A DNA stretch of 64,000 nt from positions 9,871,275 through 9,935,274 of the forward strand of contig CM119264.1 in assembly GCA_051294375.1 (NCBI GenBank), given 5' to 3'. Within the stretch, counting starts at the first letter, position 1. The number at the start of each line of letters is the position of its first letter. The notes under the pieces are model-generated. The model was not told where the DNA came from and did no database searches. It saw only the letters and a list, made by a program, of their open reading frames with translations. Source of the stretch: Paraspadella gotoi. Taxonomy: Eukaryota > Animalia > Chaetognatha. This document shows positions 24,261 to 37,399 of the stretch, piece after piece. The position numbers and the translations under genes were made by a program.

Positions 24261-24600
24261 TTTTGGAAAACGACCTATTCCTGCTATTTATTTTTCTAAA
24301 CTAAATTTTAGTTTTAATATCTAATGATTAATCATAATCTTTTATCAAATACCTTACTTAATCCTTAACCCTAATCTGACTGCATTAAAGATTTCCTTAA
24401 TCTAAAACCCTAACCCTAACCGTTAACCCTTAACCTAAACTAATGCCTCACATTAATCCATAACCATTATCCAGCTCCCCATCCTAATCCCTAATACCAA
24501 AGTCCAACCACATTCTTTAAACTTAACCTTTAATTTAGTTTTTTAATCTAATAACTAATTTAATCCTCAATCGAGGCAGAAATGGGGCGCTTTTCGAAAA
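24261..24600. mobile_element. MITE-like element with ~24-bp imperfect TIRs and internal degenerate (CCCTAA)n
   Basis: TTTTGGAAAACGACCTATTCCTGC (24261-24284) pairs imperfectly with GCAGAAATGGGGCGCTTTTCGAAAA (24576-24600). The interior contains AACCCTAACCCTAACCGTTAACCCTTAACCTAA (~24405-24440). Confidence 0.55.
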
Positions 24601-24676
24601 TAGTTAAAAAAACTTAATCTCTGTATTTTTTGGTAACACAACCTCAGACACCTTAGTATTTATTCCTTGATAAAAA

Positions 24677-24985
24677 ATGGCAACAATCAAGCTATATCTC
24701 AACATCGTTCTTATTGCATTAGACTTAGTAACGGATGTTTACACCACCGCTCAATTACTTAACGCGGAATCTCTTTATTTAAGAAGGATAGGTTGGTGCC
24801 TTTTATGCGTCTTATTGATGCACATCGCCGTCTCCGCCATCTACTCGCTGAAGATCATTTTCAAATATAAAAATCATTATCCTAATTTCTTCGGAAATTG
24901 GATGTGCGAGTGGTCAATGATCGCATTGCATATAGTTGGTTTGGGAAATGTTGCTTTGATGATCAGCATTTATAACGATGAAAAG
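24677..24985 (+). CDS. XK-related protein (Xkr family), exon 1
   Basis: ATG in AAAAATGG context. MATIKLYLNIVLIALDLVTDVYTT carries the XK-type TM1 DxxTD motif, followed by two more hydrophobic helices. Donor AAG|GTACGT, phase 0. Confidence 0.85.
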
Positions 24986-25527
24986 GTACGTGCCACTAAT
25001 GATTAATGTCACTGATTAGTCGTTCATGTCATTAAAGTCAGCAACAAATGGCTTGTTCATTGAATGAATGAATGAATGAATGAATGAATGAATGAATGAA
25101 TGAATGAAAATTGTTTATGTATATTGTAACAATTTTGATTTTGCTAGTAGTAAAAAATATTTCTTAAAGAGTAGTAATGGTTAATGATAATAGTGTATCT
25201 TCAACTTTTAGCGTCTAAAACAATATTTTTCTAATCATAATCTTTTGTAACATTAATAATAAAATGGTTCTTTTCAGTATGTATACTTTCGCACTTTTAA
25301 AAAAAAATTATATTTCAAAAACATTTTTCCCCCCCATTTTCCGCTTTCTTCCAACGTCTTAATCTTTCGTATACCGCACATTGAAATTTATGACATGGAA
25401 TGCCTCATTATTAATAAATATATGTATCCCTCATTAATAAATTTATGACATGGCATCTCTCATTTTTTAATTTATGGCCTGGCATCCCTCATCATTAAAT
25501 TGATGACATTGCATATTGGATTTTAAG

Positions 25528-25820
25528 TTTAATTCTATAAATTTCCACGGTGATCATTCCAAGCAAATTCTTCTCAAAAATCTTAATTTGCTTCACGTTT
25601 TTCTCGAGTCATGGCCGCAACTTTTGCTACAAACGTCCGTCATCATTCTTACTTGGACGAACGATTTGACGAAACTGTGTTTGCACGAGACCATGTTCTT
25701 CAAAAAACCTCGACTGAAAAATTGGGGTTGGATTTTGGCGGAAATTAGCGGATATGGTTTCAATATCACTGGGACTAAATGCCAGTGCGCTCCTTTTAAT
25801 AAGCACGAAGGAGCTCTGAG
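25528..25820 (+). CDS. XK-related protein, exon 2
   Basis: Acceptor TTTTAAG| is phase 0 (an alternative in-frame AG lies at 25563). Encodes LLHVFLESWPQLLLQ, the XK-family ESxPQ signature. Donor GAG|GTCAAT, phase 2. Confidence 0.8.
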
Positions 25821-26382
25821 GTCAATTGCCAGAGAGACATTAAATTTTTTTGGGGGGGGAGGAGGGGAACTTGGTGCTAATTAGATTGAAATAATTAAAT
25901 TAAAATGTCAATGTTCTAATGTCGATAAAAAAATTTTATTCTCAGGGATCACATTATGTCATTATCTTGTGAGAGTGATGAAGGCCTTAAACCTCCACAC
26001 TGTTGAGTACACAGCCTGTCCAAAGTCTGGGGCAAGATAGCATATTTATTGAATGAATGAATTAATGAATGAATGATTTTTATTTTGGTGGTACTAATTT
26101 AATATATATATGTCGAGCGAAATTTTTTTTATGATAGCCATCTGTGAAATTTAAAAGCTGATAATCGATTCTTTGTTTACTTAATTAATTTTCCTTTTAC
26201 ATACATTTCTCATCTAATGAAATTGGTACAACCAATATGGAAGTTATCCATTCATTTAATTAAGAGGCTATCTTGCCCCTGACTTTGGACAGCCTTTGGT
26301 AGTTTAAGGTCTCCATCACTCTTACAAGCTTTCAATCAAGACTCTCTCACGCTCTCTCACTCTCTCACTCTCTCACTCCCAG

Positions 26383-28189
26383 AGGATCTGTCTTCACTAT
26401 CAATGACGTTTTTGTGTGTGCTTGGTCTATCAGCGAGTATCAAACTATAATTTCTATTTCATTTTCTACATTTTGTTTGGCTAAAGCGGCAATAGATAAC
26501 CGGCATTCGAATGAACCATTATTAATTTCAGGAAATTTAATTTTCCTTTCAAATGTTTGCCAAACAATAGGTTTACTGCAATGCATCGTCGGCTTGACTG
26601 TATTTCTCTATATCTTAAGTATAAGTAGCCTAAAAGTTTCTCCTTGGATCCTTATGGCCATTCTGTTTATGCCTTTAAGGGTTTTTACAACATCTGAACT
26701 GAATATGCTTTTTCGAGGATTATATAAAAACAGCAATCATCATCCGGGGATTAATTACGGAAAACCAAACTTTCTACAAATGATCTTAGCGCCGTGGGTC
26801 ACTATATCTCTTTTTTCTTTGGTTGTCGCTATTAATTTGATCGATCTTTTAGACTTCAGCGCAATTTACCAAAAAACGAGTTTTTGGAAAATCGTACGCG
26901 ATTATTCTCCTTTGATTAGATTTGCATATAGATTTACGTCTTTCCGAAATCCATTATTGAGAAAATACTCTCGTTTTTGCACGAGTGGGATTCAATTAAA
27001 TTCTCGATCACTAAAATTGTTGGGAAAGATTTTTAAATATGAAAAGGATTGCAATAATCTTAATCCTTTTAGATTTGGATATTTAATACAGAATTATAGA
27101 ACCGGAAATTATCTCCTAATGCGACCCGATTTTGGGTTGTACACGATTTTACTGCTGATAGATACATCTCTTAGTATTCTGTACTCCACTTTATTTTTGA
27201 TTGTAAAAAAGTCAGTGAAGGAATTCTTATTGGCGTTATTTTCTATTTTAAGTTCCTTTATTATCATTTACCTCAGTCTTTATCATTTTATATTTCACGT
27301 TAACATCGCGCACATTGGCAGAAATACCATTCGCTCAAGTATTTCCAGTTACCTTTTGCTAAAAACCCCAAGTAAAGCTATTAAAGACGATGATGCTTTT
27401 TTTCTAAGCCAACTGTATGAATCTCATTGTCACCTTTTTAAATTTTTAAGCTTAATATCCAAGTATTCTTCTTTAGTAACGATGATAGTATTGGTATTTA
27501 ACGTGGGAAATTTATATTCGAATCTCAACAAATGGGCATTACGTTTTTTATTTTCTATACTGGGGGGCATAGTTTCTTTCATCATTCCCATTACAGTATA
27601 TATTTTTATATATATTTTTCTGGAACAAAATACATTACGGTACAAAGTATTAGAAAAGCCATTCAACTGCGTTACATCGTTTCAAGAGTGTGCCGAACCC
27701 CTTCTCATTAAATTAATTTCTTTTTTCTACTTAAAATTCAACTTTTTTTATATATTTGGTTTATCATTACTGCCTTTTTTCAAATTTGTTTGTACGATGA
27801 TACCTTGCAATAAACGAAGCCGTAATATCGGCCTCAGAGTCCAAGCAATTCGAATTATTTTGGGTTGTCTCATATTTACTTTTGTTTATAAATTCACGAT
27901 GCATGTCCAACGGCCAAGCGAGCAAATTGATCACCTTATATACGCGAATCTGTCCCATCCTAGACGCGATCTCTTGGCTCGGAAGGCAAGAAATTCTTTC
28001 GAAAGCGAGTTCATTTCGCCCATTTACGATTTGTTGTACCCGTTGTTTATGGAGCAGAATGTCATTTCAAACGCAACGGCTTTTGTCGATGAAATAAACG
28101 AGGTTTTCAATAGATTTATCCAAAAAGGTCCCAACCTTCTAGTACTTTTATTTTTATTTATCCCTGCTGTAGTGATCTTGAGTTATTGA
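26383..28189 (+). CDS. XK-related protein, exon 3 (long multi-TM terminal exon); spliced CDS 2409 nt = 802 aa
   Basis: Acceptor ctctcactcccAG| is phase 2 and matches the exon 2 donor. Continuous with the 591-aa ORF, which has many hydrophobic segments. Stop TGA at 28187-28189; ATTAAA at 28241. Confidence 0.85.
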
Positions 28190-28290
28190 ATGAATAATTA
28201 TGAGAGATGAGACCAAAAGGGAATTTATCGTCATAATTCTATTAAAACAAGTAAATTTGTTAAAGAGTTTATAAAGATTTTTATCTGAAT

Positions 28291-28878
28291 TGAGCCCTGA
28301 CCTTTTATTTTTTAATGGTTCAAATATCTGAGTTTAAAGTTTAATTGAATGACTCCAATAGTTCTGTTTAATGTCTCTAATTGGTTGAATTTTATACCTT
28401 GAATTTGAATATCTGGTCTCTCATTGGTTAATAATAACTAGTAGATGTTTTGATCTTATTCTTAAAATGTGAATTCTCCTCTCATTGGTTGTAATAATTG
28501 TGTCCTTTGTATATAAAAGGAGAGTAAATTCTTAATTTTTGGGAGATTCCTCTGAGACCATCAGGTATTAAATGATATTTGTGAAATTATTTGAATATGG
28601 TAATTAATCTTAAGCTTTTATGTAGCTTTGAGCTGTTGCTGCGTCTCGGCTCTGCTGCTACTGATGCTGCGTCTCGGTTCTGTTGCTGCATCTCGGTTCT
28701 ACTGCTACTGTTGCTGCGTATCGGCTCTACTGCTGCTGCTGTATTTTGGTTCTCTGTCATTCTGATGCACGTTTTTCAATGATTATTGGATATTGAATAC
28801 TTAATAAAGTTATTATTCTATTTTTATCTTTTGATATAAGGATTGAGTTAATATTAAGTCGAGATTAAGCACTGCTCA
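28291..28878 (+). mobile_element. Possible solo LTR or promoter-bearing repeat
   Basis: TGAGC...GCTCA ends, repeated ATTGG (CCAAT) boxes, TATATAAAAGG at ~28510, CAG|GTATT donor-like site, GCTGCGTCTCGGTTCT tandem units at ~28635-28745, and AATAAA at 28803. No TSD found. Confidence 0.35.
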
Positions 28879-29274
28879 AACAATGTTCTCATCTGAAACT
28901 GAGAAACCCCCCAAGGAATCTTCTTTAAAATTGGTATAAATTATAAATGGTTCTTTTAATTTAGCAAATTGATGCAAATTACAATTTGAACCAATTTATC
29001 ATTACAATTTTTGAAATTTGTAATACTAACCTTTATTTAATTTTTTAATCTTTATCAGAATCCATTTTTAAAAATTTAATTTTTCTAAAATAATTTTAAG
29101 CATTTTTTCTATTATTAAATATTAAAATGCTTCCATGCATGAGGAAAAAGAATGTAATCAAAATCTGACATCATAAGTCAATTTGGTTGTAAAAAGATAA
29201 AATACTTTTATTGCAGACTGTTTCATCTCGTTAAAAATGTTAAATTCTGGCCCGCCTTAATGAATAGCTCAGAG

Positions 29275-29345
29275 AATATGTAGGATTCGATCCAGGACAT
29301 TGGGACGAAGGTCAACATGCGCGACACGATACAAATGGGCCCTCA
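29275..29345 (-). mobile_element. Degenerate tRNA-like SINE head
   Basis: Minus-strand B-box-like GGATCGAATCC with a tRNA-sized upstream segment. The A box is poor. Confidence 0.25.
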
Positions 29346-29645
29346 CCGATTAGATTTGGACCCGTTAACTTAAATTTACTATCGTTTCGAGATACAAATA
29401 AAAGAAAACATTAAAAGAAACATTAAAAATAAAATCGAACTTATTTTAAACTCCGAAAACGAAAATAAGGAAGTGAAGAGTAAGCTATGATAAACGAGCG
29501 TGACGTTTCACGAAGGGTAAGGCGACGAGACGAGACCGCGGAGTGAGGCGAGACTCGCGTTCGGGTGAGTAACGATCGTCGAGAGCGAAACGCGAGAGAA
29601 AATCGTTGGTGATGAAAGTTGGCGGGACGTGGGGCGGGAAAAGTA

Positions 29646-29715
29646 GGAGCCGATGGAGCCAAAGGAACCGGTGGAGCCGATGGAGCCAAAGGAACCGGTG
29701 GAGCCGATGGCGCCG
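29646..29715 (+). repeat. 27-bp tandem repeat x2.6
   Basis: GGAGCCGATGGAGCCAAAGGAACCGGT repeated. Confidence 0.9.
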
Positions 29716-32700
29716 ACGAAGCCGGTAAGGCCTTCTGGGTAGGAGCCTTGAAACACTAAGTCCATGGCTATCGATGGCGCCGACGTAGCGAGTTTGATAT
29801 GAACAAAGTCTATGTTGCAGTCGTTAAGCTTCTTGGAACGCATCGTCCACTGGAGCCAATGGTGCAAGTTTAGAGATAATGTTGTAGGCAGTGTATGATG
29901 TAGTGGTAGTGGAGGGTATATAGTAAAAGCGCTTTGATTAGAATGCAACATGGTTGATTCGGTACAATCATCAATAACATTGCTTATTTTTTAAATTTCT
30001 AAATTTTAAATTTCTTACAAAACACCGCTGATTAAAATATAATTTTAATTCTTTCATTATTATAGGGGAATAGATTTTATTATTTGAAACATTTGTTGAA
30101 AACGCGACTTCCTTCTGTAAAATCAGTGCCAAAAGTTTTGTTAAAGAATTCATTGTGTTTGAGCAGATATTGTTATATTCAAAGCATAGGCTGAGATTTT
30201 GTTGGAGCCGGCGGTGAAATTGAAGCAAACATCTCCTCGGAGACCGAGGTGCGGATGGAGCCCAACGCGTCGCGTCTCGAAGCTGAGCCTTCATACGTGT
30301 TCGGCTACGTCGCCAGGTGGGGAAGTGAGGAGCTAAAAGAGACCAAAGTGTGTAGGAAAGAAATTAGGGATGGTGTTTATATGCATAATACATATGTAAT
30401 AAATATGTAATTACAATGAAGAAAATTACATGAGACTCAAGAAGGAAATAGGTTGCAATGGAATGAACTTACTAAAAAATTCCTTATATTAATAACCAGC
30501 TTCAAAACTGATTAGTTTTGTCATTACTGACACTTTAGGAAATTATGGGTCAGTGGAACCAAGTCTCATGGAAAATAAAATATTGGGAAAAGATTTGTTG
30601 TGTTGTATTTGACTTGTTACTCATGGGAATTTAAACTGGGAACGCTGGTGAATTCGGTTTACCGTCGCGAGAGAACGGAGACGGTGAAAGCGGAGGCAGT
30701 AGTGAAAAGAGGGAATAGCGGAGGCGTGATAGCTATAGCGGGAGTGGCAGGGATTTCGGGCGCACGATTTCGCTAAAGTTGTGGACTGTGGGCGTGGAAT
30801 GTGGGGCAGCGATGTGAAAGAGGGTGGGAGTTGTGGCATGCAAGAAAAAAAAAGAATTTTACTCGACTTGGAAATTATGAGTCCCGGAAGAAAAGCGAAG
30901 GAAAGAAGACGAGGGAGGCGAGAGACGAACGCAGCGCCAACTTCTGGCGCGAAAAAAAAAAAGATGGGAAGGGAGGAAAGAGATTTCCGCGAGACGGAAA
31001 ACACCGGGAGGAAAGAAAACAGATGGGAGAAGGGGAAAGACGGGAGGAAATGAGAAGGGGGGAGGAAAGGAAAGTGGGAAGGAAAGGAAAGAGGGGAGGA
31101 AAGGAAAGAAGGGGGAAAATTGGAGGAGAGGAGAGGAAAGGAAAAAAGACGATAAGTGGATTGGGAGAAAAAAAAACTTAAGGGAGGAAAGGAAAGAGGG
31201 TGGAAAAGGAAAGAGAGGTTAACAGTGAAAAGAGAGATGGGGAAAAAAAAAGAAAGGTGAAGGAGCAGCGGTGGAAAAAAAATCTAAGGAGAGATTGGAA
31301 ATGGGTGGAGAAAAAAAGGGAGAAGAGAAAAGAGAAGAGGGAGATCAAGAGAAGAGAGAAAAGGAAAGAGTGGGAAATATAAACAGAGTGGAGAGGAGAA
31401 AGTATGGGAATTGAAAACAGAGCGGAAATGGGAAACTTGTTAAAAAAGTAAAATATTTGGATAGAAAAGAAAATAAAGGTTCGAGCCGAGGCGAGGTGGC
31501 TTAAGGGGATGGGAAGTGTTAAAGGATGTAAAGGTTGAAAGATTTGGGAAACAAAGTGGAGGCGCGATTGCAAAGATAAGAGAGGAGGTGATATCCTGGT
31601 GTGAAAGGGGAAGTTATAGGGGAAAATAGGAGATTGCTAAACTTGAAATATTCAAATTTGTAACATGGTTACAAATAAAATCTAAAGAAACAAAAAGAGA
31701 GAATATAAAAATTAGTTAAATAATTCAACCAAGTTCCTTGGACGACGGAGAAAAAAAAACCTCCGGCGGAGATCGAGTGAAATCTCGAGCGAAGAAAAGT
31801 AGGAATAGGGAAAGGAAGAGGGTAAGGCGGCGAACCGAATGAGAATCGGGTGGAATAAATCCGAATAAATTGGAATAAAAGTGGAATATGGTGGAATAAA
31901 AGAATAACTTATTCCCCGATAGAATAACCCGAGGATGAGTGAACTTTCTTCCAAGTGATACTCGAAAATAATTCTGACGCGGGTAAGAAAGACGGACGGA
32001 TAGACAAGACTTACTACTACTTACCGTTAACTAAAGTCAAAAAATGACTTAAAAAAAAAAGCGACCTTCACAATTCTATGTTTTTCTAAAAGGCTAAAAA
32101 ATGCTGCCCCAATCATTTTAGCCAGACGATTAAGTATAAAGTTAAAGAGATTCAAAGAGATGAATATTTTTTGTGTAAATCTGTTCTTTGGATAGAATTA
32201 TTGATAAAATATTAACTAGTTTCTGCGTGTACCATCTTCACCGTCGCAGCCTGATTGACAAAGGTTAACGTAGATACCTCACCCGAGAGCTAATATCATA
32301 TATATTTTTTAGAATATATTTTTTAATGCCGGTCCCTGGAGGATGATATCAATATTCACTTGCAAAAAACCGTTTTTAAATTCCTAACATGATTTCAGAG
32401 ATATAGTCATAAACGTCAGCCTTGAAAGGCAAAATTTGTCAGAATAAAATTTTCGAGTTCCTTCTTAGATTTCTGACGAGCAGTACAAACTATTTAAAAA
32501 AGAAGGAAACGTTTCACTGATGTTCTTCCATCATAATCCATAAATGAGTAAGACAATTGGGTACACTGATAGTCATAAGTCTCAAGAGGGCAGAAATTGT
32601 TCTTTAGGTTTTATTTTGAAATTTAGGTATTGTACCAATAGGATAAATTAATGAGATACTCCTGCTCTGCCGAAATTTTTATTTAACAAAGATTTGTACT

Positions 32701-34198
32701 GCGTAGTTCAAATCTTTAGTTCTCTAACGGTAAAAAAAGTTATTTTCTTGAATAACTTTTGAAAGAAAAGAGATAGGAACGTGGGCGAGGTATTAAATTT
32801 AAGCCCTAATCATGGGACACCTTTCTAAAAAGTTTTATTAAATTTTATCCATAAATCTTTACACAGCCTTTATTTAAATCGGAGTTAAAAGTATAAACAG
32901 TTTTTTGCATTAAAAATTTCATTGAAGCTATATGAAATTTGTTGTTTTCTTTCTTAAATTGAAAAAGGAAGGACTAAATTACATTTTGATTACCATTAAA
33001 TTTTCTCTACTGCATAAAATTGCTTGCATTTTTCAGTTAAAGTAAAAAACAAGCAAAAATTTATGTAGTAGCTTGATAAAATGTTTTTTTTGAATATAAA
33101 AAATGATAATACAAAAATGTTTTCAGCTTAATATAAACAGTTTGGACGTCTACCTTCTTGTCTGTGGAGAAAAATCGTCTTTTTCATTATCTTCAACTGC
33201 AAACAAAAAGCTTGACACACTGCTTGTTTATCATAATAAAATTTTAAAAAATTACATAGCTGGGAACATATTTGACTAAGCAAGACATCATTGTGTTAAA
33301 TTGTATTGAAATATTTTTTTAAATAGAAAAAAAGATAATTTATTTTAGCTTTCTTTTTATTTCTTTTTAAATAAAAATTTCAGTGAAGAAAAAAAAAAAT
33401 TAAAATCTATCATCTTGAATGTCATTGTTTACTGATTAAAAGGTAAAATTTTTTAATTCGCCCTTTTGCCCCCTAGCCCCAAGACATGGAAGTGCCCAAA
33501 ACTTTTAAAAACATTTTTACTTGATGTGCATACAGGCGGAACCCGCATTCTGATTTTTGTATTTTCCCTTTCAAACATATTAAAATAAAATAATTATTTT
33601 CGAGATGTTCGACGGTGACAATGCCACTGGTAAGGCTTCGTTACCTCACTTCCCGAATGAATTTTTAACGAGATTTTTTTCCGTCTATTCGAGACATAAC
33701 ACTAACTATTGATATTACTAGTTTTTTGATTCACACAATCTACTTCGCGTAATCAGAGAAACGTTTAGCGTGTCAAAAAATAGGGTAAAAATGAGTACGT
33801 TTCTGACAAAATTAAAAATCGATGGAGGAATCTAGTTAACGTTCCAATGCTACCAAACGTCGTTTTGGTTTTGGTTTTGGTCCCCTTTGCCGAATGTCAA
33901 ATGCCAAGCGAAACCGAAATTGGAAGGTCAAGTTTTTCATGTTTTGCCCCTTGCCAATGATAAGCACCAAAAAATAGTTTATTTATTTATTTTGTTTTTT
34001 TCCCCAAAGTTTTCCTGACCTCCGATTTTTTTTCTTTAACACAATTTTTTTTTCCTCCTGAATTTCCTTTTTTTACTTTTTATTTTCGATTTTTTTTTTA
34101 CGATTCCTTCCCTTATCCCATTTATTTTCTTGGCGGTAACCTAACCCAAGATAAACAGTAATTATCGATTTGGTCACAAAAACAATGAAAAAGGAGAG

Positions 34199-34246
<48 letters not shown>

Positions 34247-34821
34247 TTCGTGGATGTTCTTGAAATCGAGTTTTAAACTACACGAACGAAAGAGAGCGAG
34301 AGAAAGGTAGAGAGAGAAACCGAGAGCGAGTTAACAAGAGAGAAACAGAGCTCCATATTCAATGAGCACCAACCAGGTCCCAGGATACCAAGGGTAAAAA
34401 AAAAACTCTTTAAAAACACCGAAGGGGGGAGTCAGTTCGGTTTTTTTTTCTTTCTTTCTTTTTTTCCATTTTTTTTTGGTGAAAATAAGATTACACGCGC
34501 AAAAAATTTGATGAGTTGACGCGTTGGGGATCGAGAGGTTTTTCGCGAGTCGGAGGGGGGGGCAGAGGAACTTGGGTGGCACCCACCCTCTGGTAAGAAG
34601 GGTGGATAGGGTGAGTAAGCTTTGTTGAAAAGAATGGTCCACGCCTTCGAAGATTAAAAAAAAAGTCGTAAACCAATAAAAAGCCTGTTTCTTAGCAAAT
34701 TCCCATTTCAATGAATTTTAATCTCGTTTGAAGACCAAACAAGGTCGACTTTTTTCCGGAATTTTCTGGCTAAATCACAAGATTGGCGCCAACTAGCGTT
34801 CGGTTCACTCTTCTTTGCTTT

Positions 34822-34880
<59 letters not shown>

Positions 34881-35204
34881 TGGCAGATTTTATCATCTTT
34901 TTTGTCAATATCTTTGTAAAAAAGATACGCAAATGCTATAAATTTAAAAACGTTTTGGTTACTGAAATAAAGAAAAAGGATTCATGAAAAAAGTTTTTTT
35001 ATTCCTAAAGATTCGGCCTGATTTTTTTTTTCTTGATACAATCATTACTTTTTCGCAATCACAGAATACTTTAAATCTTTCATCTCTGATTTAATTAAAA
35101 ATTATTTCCGAAAATCCGAGAAAGAAAGAGAGAGACTGAGAGATCGTCCGACTTCCATTCATATCATTTTCCATCGTCAAACTTCTTTCCATTTCCAGCA
35201 CCAT

Positions 35205-35258
<54 letters not shown>

Positions 35259-36399
35259 ACATTAAAGTTTATGCCGCGATTTGGCCTCTCGGGGTCTGGA
35301 ATCCGATTGAACCCTTACCCCTTTTCCCGATCTCTCTCGTTCCGTGGATGCCGTTTGGAGCCTCGACCGACCCCGAGATTTTTTTTTTGGTGGGGGGGGG
35401 CGGCGCGAGGGGGCGTGCCGGAAGTTTAGAGATAGAGAGAGTGAGGGAAGTGAAATGGGACAAGAGCAAAACGTGATTCGTCGATATCGTGGGTCAAGAA
35501 AGTTAAGTTAATTAATATATAGTGGAAATCGATTTTTTTTATGATTAGAAAATTCAATTAGTTTTCTTCTCAAATTTAATTTGCACACAGCGCATGCGAC
35601 CTCTAGATTTAATAATTCGCCATTCTTTATTTTTTGTGGTCTAGATAATTAATTTTTAATATCACTTCTTCAGTTCAAAATATTTTTAGTTAAATCCTGT
35701 AGAAAGTGCTCCATCTCTTTTTTTTTATAAATCACAACTAATTACTAGTTTTAATGAGTTCACTTCCTTTCTTCGTCGCACAGTGCCCTTTTGTTTTTAT
35801 AATTTTCAAATTCGCACTCAAATTTTCGTCCAATGAAAAAGAACCGACTGCGAATTTCGTCCAATAAAAAAAAAAGCCGAGTGGACAGTTTTAGGCAAAA
35901 TGGCGGCCGCGACGGGAAAAATGACGGGGATGACGAAAAGGGAGAAGAGGTTGGTTATGGAGGGAGGGGAAAGTAGGCGGTTTATTTGGTTGGGGTTTAT
36001 TTGGATTTAGATGAGTGTTAAAATATTTAGATGACGAAAAGAGGTAATCAAATATGATAAAAAATAATAAAGAACTTGTTATTTTCAATTTATTTGGGCT
36101 AAGAAAGCAGAAAAAGAAAGAGAAAAGACGAAAAATTTGAGAAGTATATAAAAGAGAGAGAGGGAGAGAGAGAGAGTGAAAGAAAGAGAGAGAGAGACAG
36201 AGATAGAGAGAGAGACACCAAAAGACGTCGGGTTGATGAATGACTAAACAGAGAATTGAAGGAAGAACCAGACGCATGGAATTATTCCATGACGAATCAT
36301 TAATAAAGAGGAAAGGAAACATAAAAAGAGATAAGGAAAAGAGAATATAAAAGAAAAGACTGGAGGCACAAGAAATTGGGGCACATATAAGAAATAGCT

Positions 36400-36485
<86 letters not shown>

Positions 36486-37299
36486 GGGATGAAGAAGGCC
36501 TTACGACCGGAATATTGATGAGTTTTGGCGGAAAAACAAAAGGGGATCACCTCGAAACAAAAGAAAATTAATTAAACGCTATCTTTTCCTCAGAAAGATT
36601 ACCTGAGAAAGGTTGCGTCTCCGGTTTCACTTTTAAAAAAAATGGGAAGAAAAAAGTAAGCAACGCCTCTGAATTGTGTTTTTCGCTCACGTCTAGCCGA
36701 GGCTTGCTCGTACTATGGTTGCCTTGTCTCTTTTTTCTTTATCTATCTTTCTTTCTTTCTTTTTTCTCTCGCTTTTTCTTTTCTCTCTTTTTTTTTTCTC
36801 TCGCTCTCTCCCTAACCCACTTTTGATTAATGCCCTTATTCTATTTTTTTCAATTCTCCCTCCCTTTCCTCTCTCTCTCTCACTAACGCTTATTATATTT
36901 CGAATCTCTCCACGTATTCCCGCGTTATACCCGAACTCAGTCTTCATAGTAGTAGATCCTCCTCCTCCTCTTCTTCTTCCTCCTCCTCCTCCTCCTCCTC
37001 CTCCTCCTCCGCCGCCTTCCCCTAAATAACATCCCCGCTCTTTTATCTCGAGCGGTGAGCATCGCCGTCGGGGACGTGAGGCGACTCTACGACGGTCGGG
37101 AGAGGAGAGAGAGAGGAGAAAAAGTAAAAAGAAAGGGGAAAAAAGAAAAGAAAAGGCGATGGAAAAAAAAGGAAAGAAAGAAAAAGAGAGAGAAAAAAAT
37201 GGGATATAGGGAGAAAAAAAACTAGCATGAGGGAGTCGAAGAGAAAAAAAAAGGAACGGGTTATATCTTTCCTCTTTTCAGATGTAAATAGGAGATGCG

Positions 37300-37399
<100 letters not shown>

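Noticed and set aside
24361-24500. Interstitial telomere / chromosome fusion site
   Set aside because: Few degenerate units in a single orientation, enclosed by inverted ends; better explained as the interior of a MITE-like element.
29441-30294. Three minus-strand ORFs as a gene or transposase
   Set aside because: They are in different frames, partly driven by a 27-bp repeat, and show no recognisable domain.
33876-33887. miR-133-like TTTGGTCCCCTT
   Set aside because: Only the first 12 nt match, and no precursor hairpin is evident.
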